The position numbers were made by a program, and so were the translations under genes. This document shows positions 1 to 9,802 of a stretch of DNA of 64,000 nucleotides, piece by piece; position 1 is the stretch's first letter; each line of letters starts with the position of its first letter. The notes beneath the pieces were generated by a model. It did not search any database. It worked only from the letters and a program-made list of their open reading frames with translations, and was not told where the DNA came from. The DNA comes from a virus (taxonomy: Duplodnaviria > Caudoviricetes), in IMG/VR virus record IMGVR_UViG_3300021958_000036, positions 1 through 64,000 of that record. The stretch is one strand, 5' to 3'.

Positions 1-32
1 GATGCAATTGCAATATCACTAGTTTCAAACAT
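1..32 (-). CDS. Partial small hypothetical protein (5' end only; MFETSDIAIAS...)
   Basis: ATG at 32-30, preceded by AAGGA and an ATAATTA motif at 62-68; the frame runs off the window edge. Confidence 0.45.
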   Translation of the reverse strand, partial: MFETSDIAIA

Positions 33-84
33 TTGTTAATTTCCTTTATTACTATATCTGTTAATTATCTCAACCACAACAAAA

Positions 85-1332
85 CTAAACGACATAATTT
101 GCTAACAACACGCTATTCTCCGATGGAATAGAACTGGACGAAAAATATATATCACTTCCAGTCACAGAATAATCGTGAAAATTCAATTTTCCTGCAATTA
201 ATTGCAACTGACCATTCACAAAAACTGACATGTCATTCGTGTTAAAAGGTGTCTGATCAAAAGTAAAATGGGTATTCACACCATCAACAGACCCACTCAA
301 AATTTCATTGTATATTGTGTTCCTTCCTGCATTAGAAGAACCAACCGAACCACTCTCAGCAACAACAACCGTTACTATATCATCAGCTTCTAAATCAAAT
401 CCAAATGTAATAGAACTTGAATTAGATAACGTAAAGTCAACAAAACCATTTGAAACATCATTTGATGTCCCAGAACGCATCAACTGTCCATTTATAAAAA
501 CATCAATATAACCTTTGTCATGACCACCTGTTACAAAATTAACTGGACTAACATCAAGTTCAGCACCTGCACTAACTGCAGAAGATATATCAAAAACATT
601 CTTAAATCTAGCTCCACCCCCACCAGAGCTTGAACCAACAACCCCAGATGAGCCAGCATTTTCTAAAACAACCTGACGCAACATCTTTCCTGTGTAAGCA
701 AAACACTTTGCAAACGCAGGAATCTTATTTGCATCATAATCCTGAATAAACAAGATTCCGTTATAATAATCCAAGTTCCAATCAATATTATCCAGCAACG
801 GAATCTCATCACCTGGATTTCCTGACCCATCATCTTTAAAAAGCTGTACAATATACGGGTTTGGAATTGCTTGAGAAAAGTTTGGTGGTACAATCTGAAT
901 TCCACCCAATGTCTCATGAATAATCTTATTATTAACAAAATGCCCAGAACCAGCGTTAGGATTACTTGAAGATGCAACATAGTCATCTGGTAACCTTAAC
1001 TTATAAGCATGAGGACCAGATGTCTGTAAAGATTCATTTGAGTCACTACCAGAACCACCACCTGAATCATTTGCATCATATGTTGTGCCGGTAATGACAT
1101 CCAAATTAAATTGAATATATTCAACAGTATCAATTCCTCCTACACCTTGCATCAAGTAAAGCGTCTTAGAGGGATTATCAGGAACAGGCTCTCCAAAAAT
1201 TGTATTAGCAGATAACTGAACCGCTGAACCGATTAATTCTTCACCATCAATCTTTAAGTTCGAGGTGTGAGCTTTACCTAAAAGTTTCTTTTGCGCAAAG
1301 TATGTAGCCGAAGTATTTGTTTTTCCTGCCAT
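85..1332 (-). CDS. Virion structural / tail-fibre-associated protein
   Basis: 415 aa, Gly/Ser-rich; two C-terminal 'VF(I/V)NGQL...D(F/Y)' beta modules typical of jumbo-phage fibre proteins. Confidence 0.55.
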   Translation of the reverse strand: MAGKTNTSATYFAQKKLLGKAHTSNLKIDGEELIGSAVQLSANTIFGEPVPDNPSKTLYLMQGVGGIDTVEYIQFNLDVITGTTYDANDSGGGSGSDSNESLQTSGPHAYKLRLPDDYVASSSNPNAGSGHFVNNKIIHETLGGIQIVPPNFSQAIPNPYIVQLFKDDGSGNPGDEIPLLDNIDWNLDYYNGILFIQDYDANKIPAFAKCFAYTGKMLRQVVLENAGSSGVVGSSSGGGGARFKNVFDISSAVSAGAELDVSPVNFVTGGHDKGYIDVFINGQLMRSGTSNDVSNGFVDFTLSNSSSITFGFDLEADDIVTVVVAESGSVGSSNAGRNTIYNEILSGSVDGVNTHFTFDQTPFNTNDMSVFVNGQLQLIAGKLNFHDYSVTGSDIYFSSSSIPSENSVLLANYVV

Positions 1333-1336
1333 CTCT

Positions 1337-4300
1337 CTAACTCCAAACTACCTGAATTCGTGATAAGTGACCTGTCCAATCTTCAGAAGCCTGTATCCTT
1401 ATCACAACATATTCACCTGCTGAAGATGCAGTTCCATCAATAGTAGCACCATTAAATGTGCATACATTCGTTGTCGGATTTCCTCCAACAGTTGCTGAAA
1501 GATTACCAGATAAACCACCATCACCTTCTTGAATGTTTCCACTCCCTGCTGAAGGTCGACCTGCATCTAAAAAGCCCGTCTTTCCGGGTATTTTAGCATC
1601 AACATATATGTTCTTATTTGCACCAATTGTACCCGCATAAAGCCCAGACCTCCCTACGATTGTCGCATCACCATACAACTTAATCGTAATATTTGGCTTG
1701 TCTGCTGTCGTGTTATTCTTAAACGCCCTATAAAACTCACGTGTGCCATTTGTCAAAGTACTGTAGTTTGGATTTCCATATGCAGATTGAATTGCTCCAC
1801 CTTCTTGCACATTTCTAAAATCACCATTTTCATCTGCTTCAGAAGGTGATATCAATTGCTGCTTGAAATATAGCAAACCAGTTGAGTGATCTGCATAATT
1901 TACAGTATCGTCCATCGAGTATTCTGAATTCCACTCATTTGCAGTATCTGTTACATCAGATTGGGCACCATAAGAACCAGATACAAGTCTATAGGTCTCA
2001 TCTAAGAAATATTCATTATAATGTATGTCGCTTGATAATCCTCCACTGTATCCTGAGAAAACCAAGAACTTAGACTTACTTACCAGCGGTGAGACAATAT
2101 TTCCTTTTATCGGATGCATAATCTGCAATTCCATGCTTGCAGTGTGATTATCTGAAGGATAAGAAGTTCCCTGACTAAATCTCAAAGAAGATGTAACAAA
2201 AATAGGCAAAGTCTCAGGGCTTGAAACATCTGTCCTGAGGGGTGGTAAAGGAACAGAAGAGCGTAAAGTGTCAGATGATTGTACAATTCCAGAACCACTA
2301 ACAATTAGTGTTCTTGGCTCCATGTTCACCCTATCTTTAATTAAAACTGCAGAAGTTACTCCTGAATATACTTTGTTATAAACGTTCTGAACCTCTCCTG
2401 TGAAGCTTCCTGAACATTGCGTGAAGTATTTGACACCACTCAAGTAATAATAAGAGTGACCTTCAAAGTTTGAGAGTGCAGAATTAACATGTGTTACAAC
2501 TGATGAGTCTGTATCATTTACCCATTGCACATAGTTTGTCTCTCTTTCACCCCAACTACCTGAATGAATTACCCGAACATAATTTAAACCATCACGTTGA
2601 TCACTTGTACCAACCTGATATCTCGCTGTTCGATATATCTCTGTCCAGTCAGGAACATTATTTTCTGAATATTTTCCTACATCCCACAATGATACAAAAT
2701 AAAACCCTGTATCATCAGCATTTGTATAAGTTCCGTAACCACTTCCAGGATTACCCCTACCTATATTCTTTGCTATTTCTTCAATATCCAGCTCATAAAC
2801 AATTACGTCATTAACCTCAAGAATTAAAACCCCTTCGTTTCCTTCTGAGAAAGCATTAGCAACATAATTTGGAGCAGCATTAGCAACATTAGGATTTAAA
2901 AGCCCAGAATGTGTAATTGTGCCATCAAAAACCCCTAAAACATTACCGTCTTTAGTATATGTGTCATTAACATCATATTCTGGTAAGTCTCCAATTGCAG
3001 AAACTGAAGTATAACCCGAAACTGGATTAGACGCGCCAAAAGAGAGTCTAATATCAGAAGAACGAGAATGAGCACCATCAATTTCAGTTAAATCAGGAAC
3101 TGGATATAATATACCTTCTCCCGCACCAAATTCAACTTCAACCTCTCTTAACATTCCTGTCCAAGCTGCATCAGCTTCTATTTTTAAAACAATATAATCA
3201 TCTGTTCCAATCTCAACTGTTCCAAAGCTATAGAAATTAGTTCTTGAACCTGATATTGTAGCATTATTGCTTGCAACATAACAACCTTCATAGTCATTAA
3301 CAGTATTATATTCAAATGCTTTTGATATGTCTAACCAACCTGTTTGATTTGTACCGTTGTTTGGAAGCTTAACATAAATGCTAACACGATTGCCAGATAG
3401 AGCGTAATTTCCATTTGCAATTGCAAAAGAACCAACAAAAGTAATCTTAAAGTCTCTAACAGCTGCGCCTGTGTTCTGAAACTTTCGATAATATGTTCTT
3501 AAGCCCGTGGTTAAACCAGAATAATCAGGATTGCCATCAGGAGCATACAATATAGAACCATCGTCTGATGTATTTCTATAATCTCCACTCATATAATAAG
3601 TTGGGATTAACAAATTACCACCTAGAACTTGTAATCCGTCTGAGTGACCTGGCCAGTTATTTACATAAAAAGAAGCTGTTGTCATGTGAATAGCACTGTT
3701 CCATGCCGAATCAATGCTTATGACATCATTTTGACTGTTATAACTTCCTGAAACTATTCGATAATTCTCATGTCGAAATGTTTCTCTTAGATTTGTTGCA
3801 TTATCTGGTAAGTTATAAAGTAAAAATCCGCCGCCGCTTGCTACAGTTAACGTAACCAAACCCTTCAAAGGATGTGTAAGTTCTGCGGTTGTTGAAAAGC
3901 TTTGATCAACCATCAGCTGATTAGAATCACCAACTGAAGTATTAACAGTTATTACTTTTGTCTCATCTTCAGAAGGTCCAATATCGTCAGGTGTAATAGT
4001 AGACGGAGCTGTTGCATTTGTTGATACAAAAGATATTGTATCACCATGAATATTTCGATAGAAGTTATTAACATCAAAAGAAATAGAAGCATCAAAATCA
4101 GATAAAAATTTAATTCCTGATACACTTACACCTTCTGTCACACTAATATTTGAAGTAGCATTAGAAATAGAAGGATTATCTGCATTAGAATCGTTTACCC
4201 ACTCAATATAATTTGTAGTAGAGTTTGCAGACCCAACAGCATGAACTACTCTTACATAATTCCAGCCATCTCTTTGGTCTCCTGTTGCAACTCTATAATT

Positions 4301-5068
4301 TGCTGTTCGATGCTTAATAGTATTAAAAACAACACCATTCGAATCTATTGCATCACCCGTTGTGGAAATATTATAAAAACCAGAACCATTACTTCCTGTC
4401 GAAATCGCAGTTCCGCTTCCAGGAGACCCCGCACCTGTGAAACTAGACAGGTCTACAGAGTGCACCACTGAACCATTAATCTCTAACTTTAAAGTCCCCA
4501 GATTCCCGTTTCCGAATGCGTCAGCTGGGTAATTCGGTGATGCCGAGGCTACATCTTCATTAAGTTTACCCTCAATAACTTGAGTTCCGTCAAAAATACC
4601 ACGTCTTAAGTTGTTATTATCACTTTGAATATCATAAACCTCATTGACATCAACAGCTGAAAAGCCACTTGTTGTGCCAACATTAGCATAACCAGATATC
4701 TCATTAGAAGAACCAAAAGATAACTTTTTCTCTATCCCGTTAGTATTTGTCGATATATCATCTAAAGAAGGTGCGGGTGCAGGAGCTAAGACAGATAAAA
4801 TTTGATTTAACTTATCAATAGCATCTGCAACTGTTGTTGTTGGAGTAATATCAGAGAACAAACCATCTGCAAAAGAACCATCAGAAGGTGTGCCAACAGT
4901 AGAAGCAGCCCCACCGACTGCTTCAATTGTATAATCCCCGTTAGAACTAGAAGATATATTAACATTAGAACCCGCAATAATTCTGCCCGGTTTAAATAGT
5001 CCACCTACACCTGCGACCTGAATTGTTCCTACTGAACCCGAAGATTCAGTGACTCTAAATGCTGTCAT
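1337..5068 (-). CDS. Large virion structural protein with a ~560-aa internal tandem duplication
   Basis: 1243 aa, beta-rich; paired segments such as 'KLSFGSSNEISGY'/'RLSFGASNPVSGY' and 'DQRDGWNYVRVVH'/'DQRDGLNYVRVIH'. Confidence 0.6.
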   Translation of the reverse strand: MTAFRVTESSGSVGTIQVAGVGGLFKPGRIIAGSNVNISSSSNGDYTIEAVGGAASTVGTPSDGSFADGLFSDITPTTTVADAIDKLNQILSVLAPAPAPSLDDISTNTNGIEKKLSFGSSNEISGYANVGTTSGFSAVDVNEVYDIQSDNNNLRRGIFDGTQVIEGKLNEDVASASPNYPADAFGNGNLGTLKLEINGSVVHSVDLSSFTGAGSPGSGTAISTGSNGSGFYNISTTGDAIDSNGVVFNTIKHRTANYRVATGDQRDGWNYVRVVHAVGSANSTTNYIEWVNDSNADNPSISNATSNISVTEGVSVSGIKFLSDFDASISFDVNNFYRNIHGDTISFVSTNATAPSTITPDDIGPSEDETKVITVNTSVGDSNQLMVDQSFSTTAELTHPLKGLVTLTVASGGGFLLYNLPDNATNLRETFRHENYRIVSGSYNSQNDVISIDSAWNSAIHMTTASFYVNNWPGHSDGLQVLGGNLLIPTYYMSGDYRNTSDDGSILYAPDGNPDYSGLTTGLRTYYRKFQNTGAAVRDFKITFVGSFAIANGNYALSGNRVSIYVKLPNNGTNQTGWLDISKAFEYNTVNDYEGCYVASNNATISGSRTNFYSFGTVEIGTDDYIVLKIEADAAWTGMLREVEVEFGAGEGILYPVPDLTEIDGAHSRSSDIRLSFGASNPVSGYTSVSAIGDLPEYDVNDTYTKDGNVLGVFDGTITHSGLLNPNVANAAPNYVANAFSEGNEGVLILEVNDVIVYELDIEEIAKNIGRGNPGSGYGTYTNADDTGFYFVSLWDVGKYSENNVPDWTEIYRTARYQVGTSDQRDGLNYVRVIHSGSWGERETNYVQWVNDTDSSVVTHVNSALSNFEGHSYYYLSGVKYFTQCSGSFTGEVQNVYNKVYSGVTSAVLIKDRVNMEPRTLIVSGSGIVQSSDTLRSSVPLPPLRTDVSSPETLPIFVTSSLRFSQGTSYPSDNHTASMELQIMHPIKGNIVSPLVSKSKFLVFSGYSGGLSSDIHYNEYFLDETYRLVSGSYGAQSDVTDTANEWNSEYSMDDTVNYADHSTGLLYFKQQLISPSEADENGDFRNVQEGGAIQSAYGNPNYSTLTNGTREFYRAFKNNTTADKPNITIKLYGDATIVGRSGLYAGTIGANKNIYVDAKIPGKTGFLDAGRPSAGSGNIQEGDGGLSGNLSATVGGNPTTNVCTFNGATIDGTASSAGEYVVIRIQASEDWTGHLSRIQVVWS

Positions 5069-5135
5069 ACTTTAACTCTACTTTACACTAACTTAACTTA
5101 ACGCTATTTTATAGCATAGCACAAATAAATAAAAA

Positions 5136-6029
5136 CTATTTTATCTGATTCAACATCTCCTGAATATCTAAACCAGCACAATCAATCTTTTTACTTGTCA
5201 AATGATAATGACTCACAAATCCCTTAAAACGATTTGCAGCAGCTGCAGAAGAAACTTTCTTAAGAGTTTCGCCATTGTTATCTGTCGGACATTTATACTC
5301 AATTCCCATTGCCTCATGACATGCTTTCCACAAAGCTTTCAAAGCCTCTAGCTGCACGGGATAAAACCCTAAAAAGTCTTCCATTTTTGCACCATGAATT
5401 GTTTCACCAGAAAGTACGGGTCTCTCACCAAAACCTTTTTTCTTATACCAGTCTTGATACCTTGGATAATAAGCATTTGCTATCTCAACACCGACAGATG
5501 AATGATTCCATTTTCTACTACCAGCATGCCAAGCAGCATGATTTGTATCCATCAACTGATAAATGGTGCCGTCATTATCAATACAAAAGTGAACAGAAAT
5601 ACCTCTCTGCTTTAAAACCCTTGCACATGTTTTAGAATCCAAGCATACATCCCAATGATTTACAAACATGTTTACTTTTCTAGGCTCAAAATAAGAAGTA
5701 TATCCTTCACTTAGTCTAAGACCATTTTCTTCGGTCCAAAGAACAACTTTGTCCCACTCAATAGGATGAAAAGAACCGTGATGCACAATATAAGCTTTGT
5801 CTTTTGCTTTAACATCTGCAGGAATGTATTCGTCTATCTTTGATTCTCTTTCATTGAAAATTCTTCTAAAAGTTGAAGGACCACAAAGACCATCAGCTTT
5901 TATACCCAGCTTCTTTTGCCACTTTGCAATTTCTTTAACTAATCTTTCATCAAATTCATCACAACCAAACCATGATGGGTCCCATCCAAGTTTTGCTGCT
6001 GAACCTTCGTTATAAAAAACTTTGTCCAC
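5136..6029 (-). CDS. Endolysin: peptidoglycan-binding domain plus N-acetylmuramoyl-L-alanine amidase (Amidase_2)
   Basis: PG-binding motif 'WQKKLGIKADGLCGPST'; amidase motifs 'VNHWD', 'SVHFCIDNDGTIYQL', 'AWHAG', 'SVGVE', 'SHYHLTSKKIDC'; GTG start with GGAG. Confidence 0.85.
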   Translation of the reverse strand: MDKVFYNEGSAAKLGWDPSWFGCDEFDERLVKEIAKWQKKLGIKADGLCGPSTFRRIFNERESKIDEYIPADVKAKDKAYIVHHGSFHPIEWDKVVLWTEENGLRLSEGYTSYFEPRKVNMFVNHWDVCLDSKTCARVLKQRGISVHFCIDNDGTIYQLMDTNHAAWHAGSRKWNHSSVGVEIANAYYPRYQDWYKKKGFGERPVLSGETIHGAKMEDFLGFYPVQLEALKALWKACHEAMGIEYKCPTDNNGETLKKVSSAAAANRFKGFVSHYHLTSKKIDCAGLDIQEMLNQIK

Positions 6030-6044
6030 ACAAGTCTCCTGTTG

Positions 6045-6497
6045 TTATCTTTTGTTTCTTTGTCTCAGCATGTAAATGTATTTTTCATACTTGTTAGCTG
6101 ATGCAGCAAGTAAATCATCAAACCCAATTGTTAACTCACCGTGATCTTCAAGATAATTGTATATGTTTTCAAGCATTCCTAAGTGCATCATCATAACATC
6201 TAAAGCAATACTTGCTATTTCGTCACTAGAACGATTTGATGGGCTCTCCAAATCAGACAACACTTTGTTTGCCAAACCTGAAACATAAACTGGATCAGCA
6301 AACAATTCATTGTCAAAAAGTCCAATTGCCTTTTCAACCAGATTATCAAATTCTTCTGATAATGCTTCATAAATCTCACCATAAAGATGAATATGATCAC
6401 CTGAAAAACTTTGATATTTTGTCACATGATGTGCAGCTTGAAACCACATTTCAACTGCCTTGGTACAACCAATATAACTTAAAATATAATCGTTCAT
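6045..6497 (-). CDS. dps: Dps/ferritin-like protein
   Basis: 150 aa, helical; 'AAHHVTK..F.GDH.HLYGEIYE...FDNLVEK' matches the Dps ferroxidase H/H/D/E pattern. Confidence 0.65.
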   Translation of the reverse strand: MNDYILSYIGCTKAVEMWFQAAHHVTKYQSFSGDHIHLYGEIYEALSEEFDNLVEKAIGLFDNELFADPVYVSGLANKVLSDLESPSNRSSDEIASIALDVMMMHLGMLENIYNYLEDHGELTIGFDDLLAASANKYEKYIYMLRQRNKR

Positions 6498-6532
6498 TAT
6501 AAAAACCTCTCATATAACTATTCAGCACAAAC

Positions 6533-6557
6533 AAAAAAAGCGCCTTGCGGCGCTTTT
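6533..6557 (-). terminator. Rho-independent terminator after clpP
   Basis: Minus strand AAAAGCGCC-GCAA-GGCGCTTTTTTT (GNRA loop plus U-tract). Confidence 0.85.
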
Positions 6558-6578
6558 AATCATTACATTATAAAGTGA

Positions 6579-7181
6579 TTACGAGAAATTAATGTCAACT
6601 TTCACATCAACAGTCATCTTTGGCAATCTAAGATGATTAGCCAAACCTAACTCATATGCCTCGTCAGCTTCAATAAACCAGTCAGCCCGTCCTTTTTCTT
6701 GAACTTTGTCCCAGAAGAACTCATCAGGATGACCAATGTTCCTTGCCATCATTTTATAAACTTTCTTATTAAGACGCTCAGCTTCTTCAACTGAAGATTT
6801 CATTTCTTCAATTTTTCCTAGTGCGCCACCTGAAACATCATGAATCATCAGTGTGGCATCTTTGTCCATGTAGCGTAAACCTTCATCACCAAAGGTAAAT
6901 AGAATAGCTCCACAACTCATTGCTTTGCCTTCAATAATTGTAGCAATTGGCAACTCTGAAGAATTAATCGATCCAATCATTGACATTAGACTGTAAACTT
7001 GACCACCATAAGAATCAATAATAATAGGAATTACTTTTTGTCCCGTGTTGTGTGCTGCTGCAATTTTATTAGCAAATTCTTTTGCGCTATCTTCTGTGAA
7101 CTCATTAACCCTTATTATGATTGGCGAATTTTTAAGCTCAAGTTCTTTAATTTTGCTGTCTGTGTTAAATTTCCAAATCAT
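6579..7181 (-). CDS. clpP: ClpP-family protease subunit
   Basis: 'IDSYGG', catalytic Ser in 'AMSCG', His in 'MIHDVS', 'DWFIEADEAYELGL'. Confidence 0.85.
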   Translation of the reverse strand: MIWKFNTDSKIKELELKNSPIIIRVNEFTEDSAKEFANKIAAAHNTGQKVIPIIIDSYGGQVYSLMSMIGSINSSELPIATIIEGKAMSCGAILFTFGDEGLRYMDKDATLMIHDVSGGALGKIEEMKSSVEEAERLNKKVYKMMARNIGHPDEFFWDKVQEKGRADWFIEADEAYELGLANHLRLPKMTVDVKVDINFS

Positions 7182-7215
7182 ATATTTCCTTTTGCTTGTT
7201 TTGGTTACCTATTAT

Positions 7216-7244
7216 ATTATATTTATTTCTTTAAAGCTTTACAT
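7216..7244 (-). promoter_or_regulatory. Sigma70-like promoter for clpP
   Basis: ATGTAA-N17-TATAAT. Confidence 0.6.
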
Positions 7245-7245
7245 G

Positions 7246-7273
7246 AAAAACGGGCTTGCAAAAATGCAAGCCC
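7246..7273 (-). terminator. Rho-independent terminator after nrdJ
   Basis: Minus strand GGGCTTGCA-TTTT-TGCAAGCCC-GTTTTT. Confidence 0.8.
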
Positions 7274-7301
7274 ATAAAATTATTCAGCATTGATTAAGCA
7301 A

Positions 7302-9794
7302 TTATCCACACTTACCATCTCCACAAGCTGTGCACGTAACACAACCTTCTTGATATATCAAACTATCTTCTGCACCACAGCTTGAACAATCCTTGTCGCT
7401 TGCAGAAGTTCCATCAACAATATAATTCTTCAAACATCGAGCAATAACCTTAGAAAAGCTAAATAAATCTGCTTCCTTATCTTTTTGCATCTGCTCAACC
7501 AAAAATTGAACTGGAACACCATGACGCAAAGAAGTTGAAATAACTCGTGTATAACCTGCATGATTTGGATTGTCAAATACACTTACAACATCCTTAACTG
7601 TTAGCGCATCATCACCCTCACCGATTGTTAAGTCATATTTGCTATTTTGAGTCTTGAAAACACGCTTTGATAACAATCCACTTTTATGTTTTCTTGGAAT
7701 CTCAATCTGCTGAGCTTCTCCACCGATAACTTCGTAAGGTTTTCCATCAAGCAAACCTACCAAGACAATCCATTTTTGACCTTTAACTGACGTATGATGG
7801 ATATCACAATCAAGAATTTCAGGTCTTTTTGGTGCATGCCTTTCTGCAAAAGTTGTTTTTTCTTCTTTCTTTTCATCAGCAGAAATAAGAACACCAGAGC
7901 GAGAACCATCACGATATACTGTGATTCCCTTGCAGCCTGTTTCCCAGCCCTTCATATATACTTGCTTCACAGTTTCTACATCAATATCAGCGGGTAAATT
8001 TGTAGTATTACTTATTGCATGACACACCCACTTTTGAGCAGCAGCTTGTAAATCAACTTTTGAAACCCAATTGATTTCATTAGCAGTTGCTCCCGCATAT
8101 GGACTATTGCAAACAGCAGCATCAACCTCAAGATCATTATATTGTGCATGATTCATCCAATCTTTAAAAGAGTGATGATATACATTAAACTCTGTCCACT
8201 TGTCGCCCAAGTCGTCTACAAACATAACTTCTTCATCACCTTGAACTTTCTTACGACGCTTATAATAAAGCATAAAAGCTGGCTCAATACCAGAAGTTGT
8301 TTGTGTTAGACAAGAAACAGAACCTGCTGGAGCTGTTGTTGTATTAGCAATATTTCTACGACCATGCTTTTGATAATCACCCTTTACATCATCAGGCAAC
8401 TCACTTAACACTTTCTGAATAAACTCATGATTACTTTCTTTTTCAATATCCCAAATAGGAAATGAGCCTCGCTCTTTCGCCAAATTAATCGACTCTGTAT
8501 ATGAAGATACAGACAAAGTCTTATAAATGTCTTCAGTTACTCTGACGGAAGTCTTTGAACCGTAAGTGACACCTAACATTGCCAATGCGTCACCAAGACC
8601 TGTTATGCCCAGACCTGTCCTGCGCCCTTTTAAAGCTATATCTTTGACATTCTCCCAAAGTTTTCTTTCATAGAATTTAACATCAACAGGCTCTGGGTCG
8701 TTTGAAACTTTTTGCAGAATCTTATCAACCTGTTCAATTTCAAGGTCAATCATATCATCCATAAGACGTTGAGCTTTTCTAGCAATTTCATTAAACTTGG
8801 GAAAATCAAATTTAGCATTATTTGTCCAGGGATTTGAAACAAAGGATGTTAAATTGACCAACATTAAACGGCACGAGTCATAAGGTGATAAAATAATTTC
8901 ACCGCAAGGATTCGTTGATACAGAACCAAAACCAACATCTTTGTAAGCATCTGAAGGAGTCATTCTTGTTGCAGTATCCCAAAATAGAACTCCTGGTTCT
9001 GCAGAAGCATGTGCACCTTCAATCAACGCATCCCAAACATCTCGAGCAAGCACTTCATCTTCGACTTCGGGAACGCCGCCGCCTTCAGCTATGCTTTCAA
9101 CAGGCCAGCGAAGCTGATAATGATCACCATGCTTGACAGCATTCATGAACTCATCAGTTACACGAACTGAAATGTTAGCGCCTGTTACCCTGGTTAAGTC
9201 ACGTTTGATTTTAATAAAGTCCATTACTTGAGGATGATGGACTGAAATGGTTAACATTAAAGCACCACGACGGCCACCTTGTGCAACTTCTCTACAAGTA
9301 TTAGAGAATCTATCCATAAACACTTCAATGCCGTCTGTTGTCTTAGCAGCATTTGCTGTGTTTAAACCCTTAGGTCGAATGGTAGAAATATCAAAACCAA
9401 TCCCACCACGACGCTTAGCGATTTGTGCCAAGTCTTGGTCTGTCTTTAAGATGCCTGCATAGCTGTCATGAGGAGCTTCAACTACAAAACAGTTAGATAA
9501 TGATTGAATTTTTGATTCATTTCCAATTCCGCTCATCGGAGAACCTTGCGGAACTACAAAACGGAATCCCTGAAATAAACCATAAATTTCTCTCCAATCC
9601 ATTGGGTTTTCGTATTTTTGTTCAATACGGGCAAATTCTTTTGCCAGTCTTTTGTGCATATCATCTGGAGTTAATTCCAAATAGTTTCCACTACTATCTT
9701 GTAAAGCATATTTATTAATAAAAACACTGGTTGCTAACTCATCTCCGCCAAAATATTCTAATGATGCTTCATATACTTGTTGGTAGTTATACAT
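7302..9794 (-). CDS. nrdJ: Class II (adenosylcobalamin-dependent) ribonucleotide reductase
   Basis: 'SNCFV', 'TNPCGEI', 'TTAPAGSVS', 'KGITVYRDGSR'; C-terminal TSCPD-like domain and Cys cluster 'CSSC...CVTCTACGDGKC'. Confidence 0.9.
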   Translation of the reverse strand: MYNYQQVYEASLEYFGGDELATSVFINKYALQDSSGNYLELTPDDMHKRLAKEFARIEQKYENPMDWREIYGLFQGFRFVVPQGSPMSGIGNESKIQSLSNCFVVEAPHDSYAGILKTDQDLAQIAKRRGGIGFDISTIRPKGLNTANAAKTTDGIEVFMDRFSNTCREVAQGGRRGALMLTISVHHPQVMDFIKIKRDLTRVTGANISVRVTDEFMNAVKHGDHYQLRWPVESIAEGGGVPEVEDEVLARDVWDALIEGAHASAEPGVLFWDTATRMTPSDAYKDVGFGSVSTNPCGEIILSPYDSCRLMLVNLTSFVSNPWTNNAKFDFPKFNEIARKAQRLMDDMIDLEIEQVDKILQKVSNDPEPVDVKFYERKLWENVKDIALKGRRTGLGITGLGDALAMLGVTYGSKTSVRVTEDIYKTLSVSSYTESINLAKERGSFPIWDIEKESNHEFIQKVLSELPDDVKGDYQKHGRRNIANTTTAPAGSVSCLTQTTSGIEPAFMLYYKRRKKVQGDEEVMFVDDLGDKWTEFNVYHHSFKDWMNHAQYNDLEVDAAVCNSPYAGATANEINWVSKVDLQAAAQKWVCHAISNTTNLPADIDVETVKQVYMKGWETGCKGITVYRDGSRSGVLISADEKKEEKTTFAERHAPKRPEILDCDIHHTSVKGQKWIVLVGLLDGKPYEVIGGEAQQIEIPRKHKSGLLSKRVFKTQNSKYDLTIGEGDDALTVKDVVSVFDNPNHAGYTRVISTSLRHGVPVQFLVEQMQKDKEADLFSFSKVIARCLKNYIVDGTSASDKDCSSCGAEDSLIYQEGCVTCTACGDGKCG

Positions 9795-9802
9795 TTTTTC
9801 TC

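Noticed and set aside
85-5068. Diversity-generating retroelement target/template repeats
   Set aside because: No reverse transcriptase in the window, and the duplication is diverged at protein level rather than adenine-specific.
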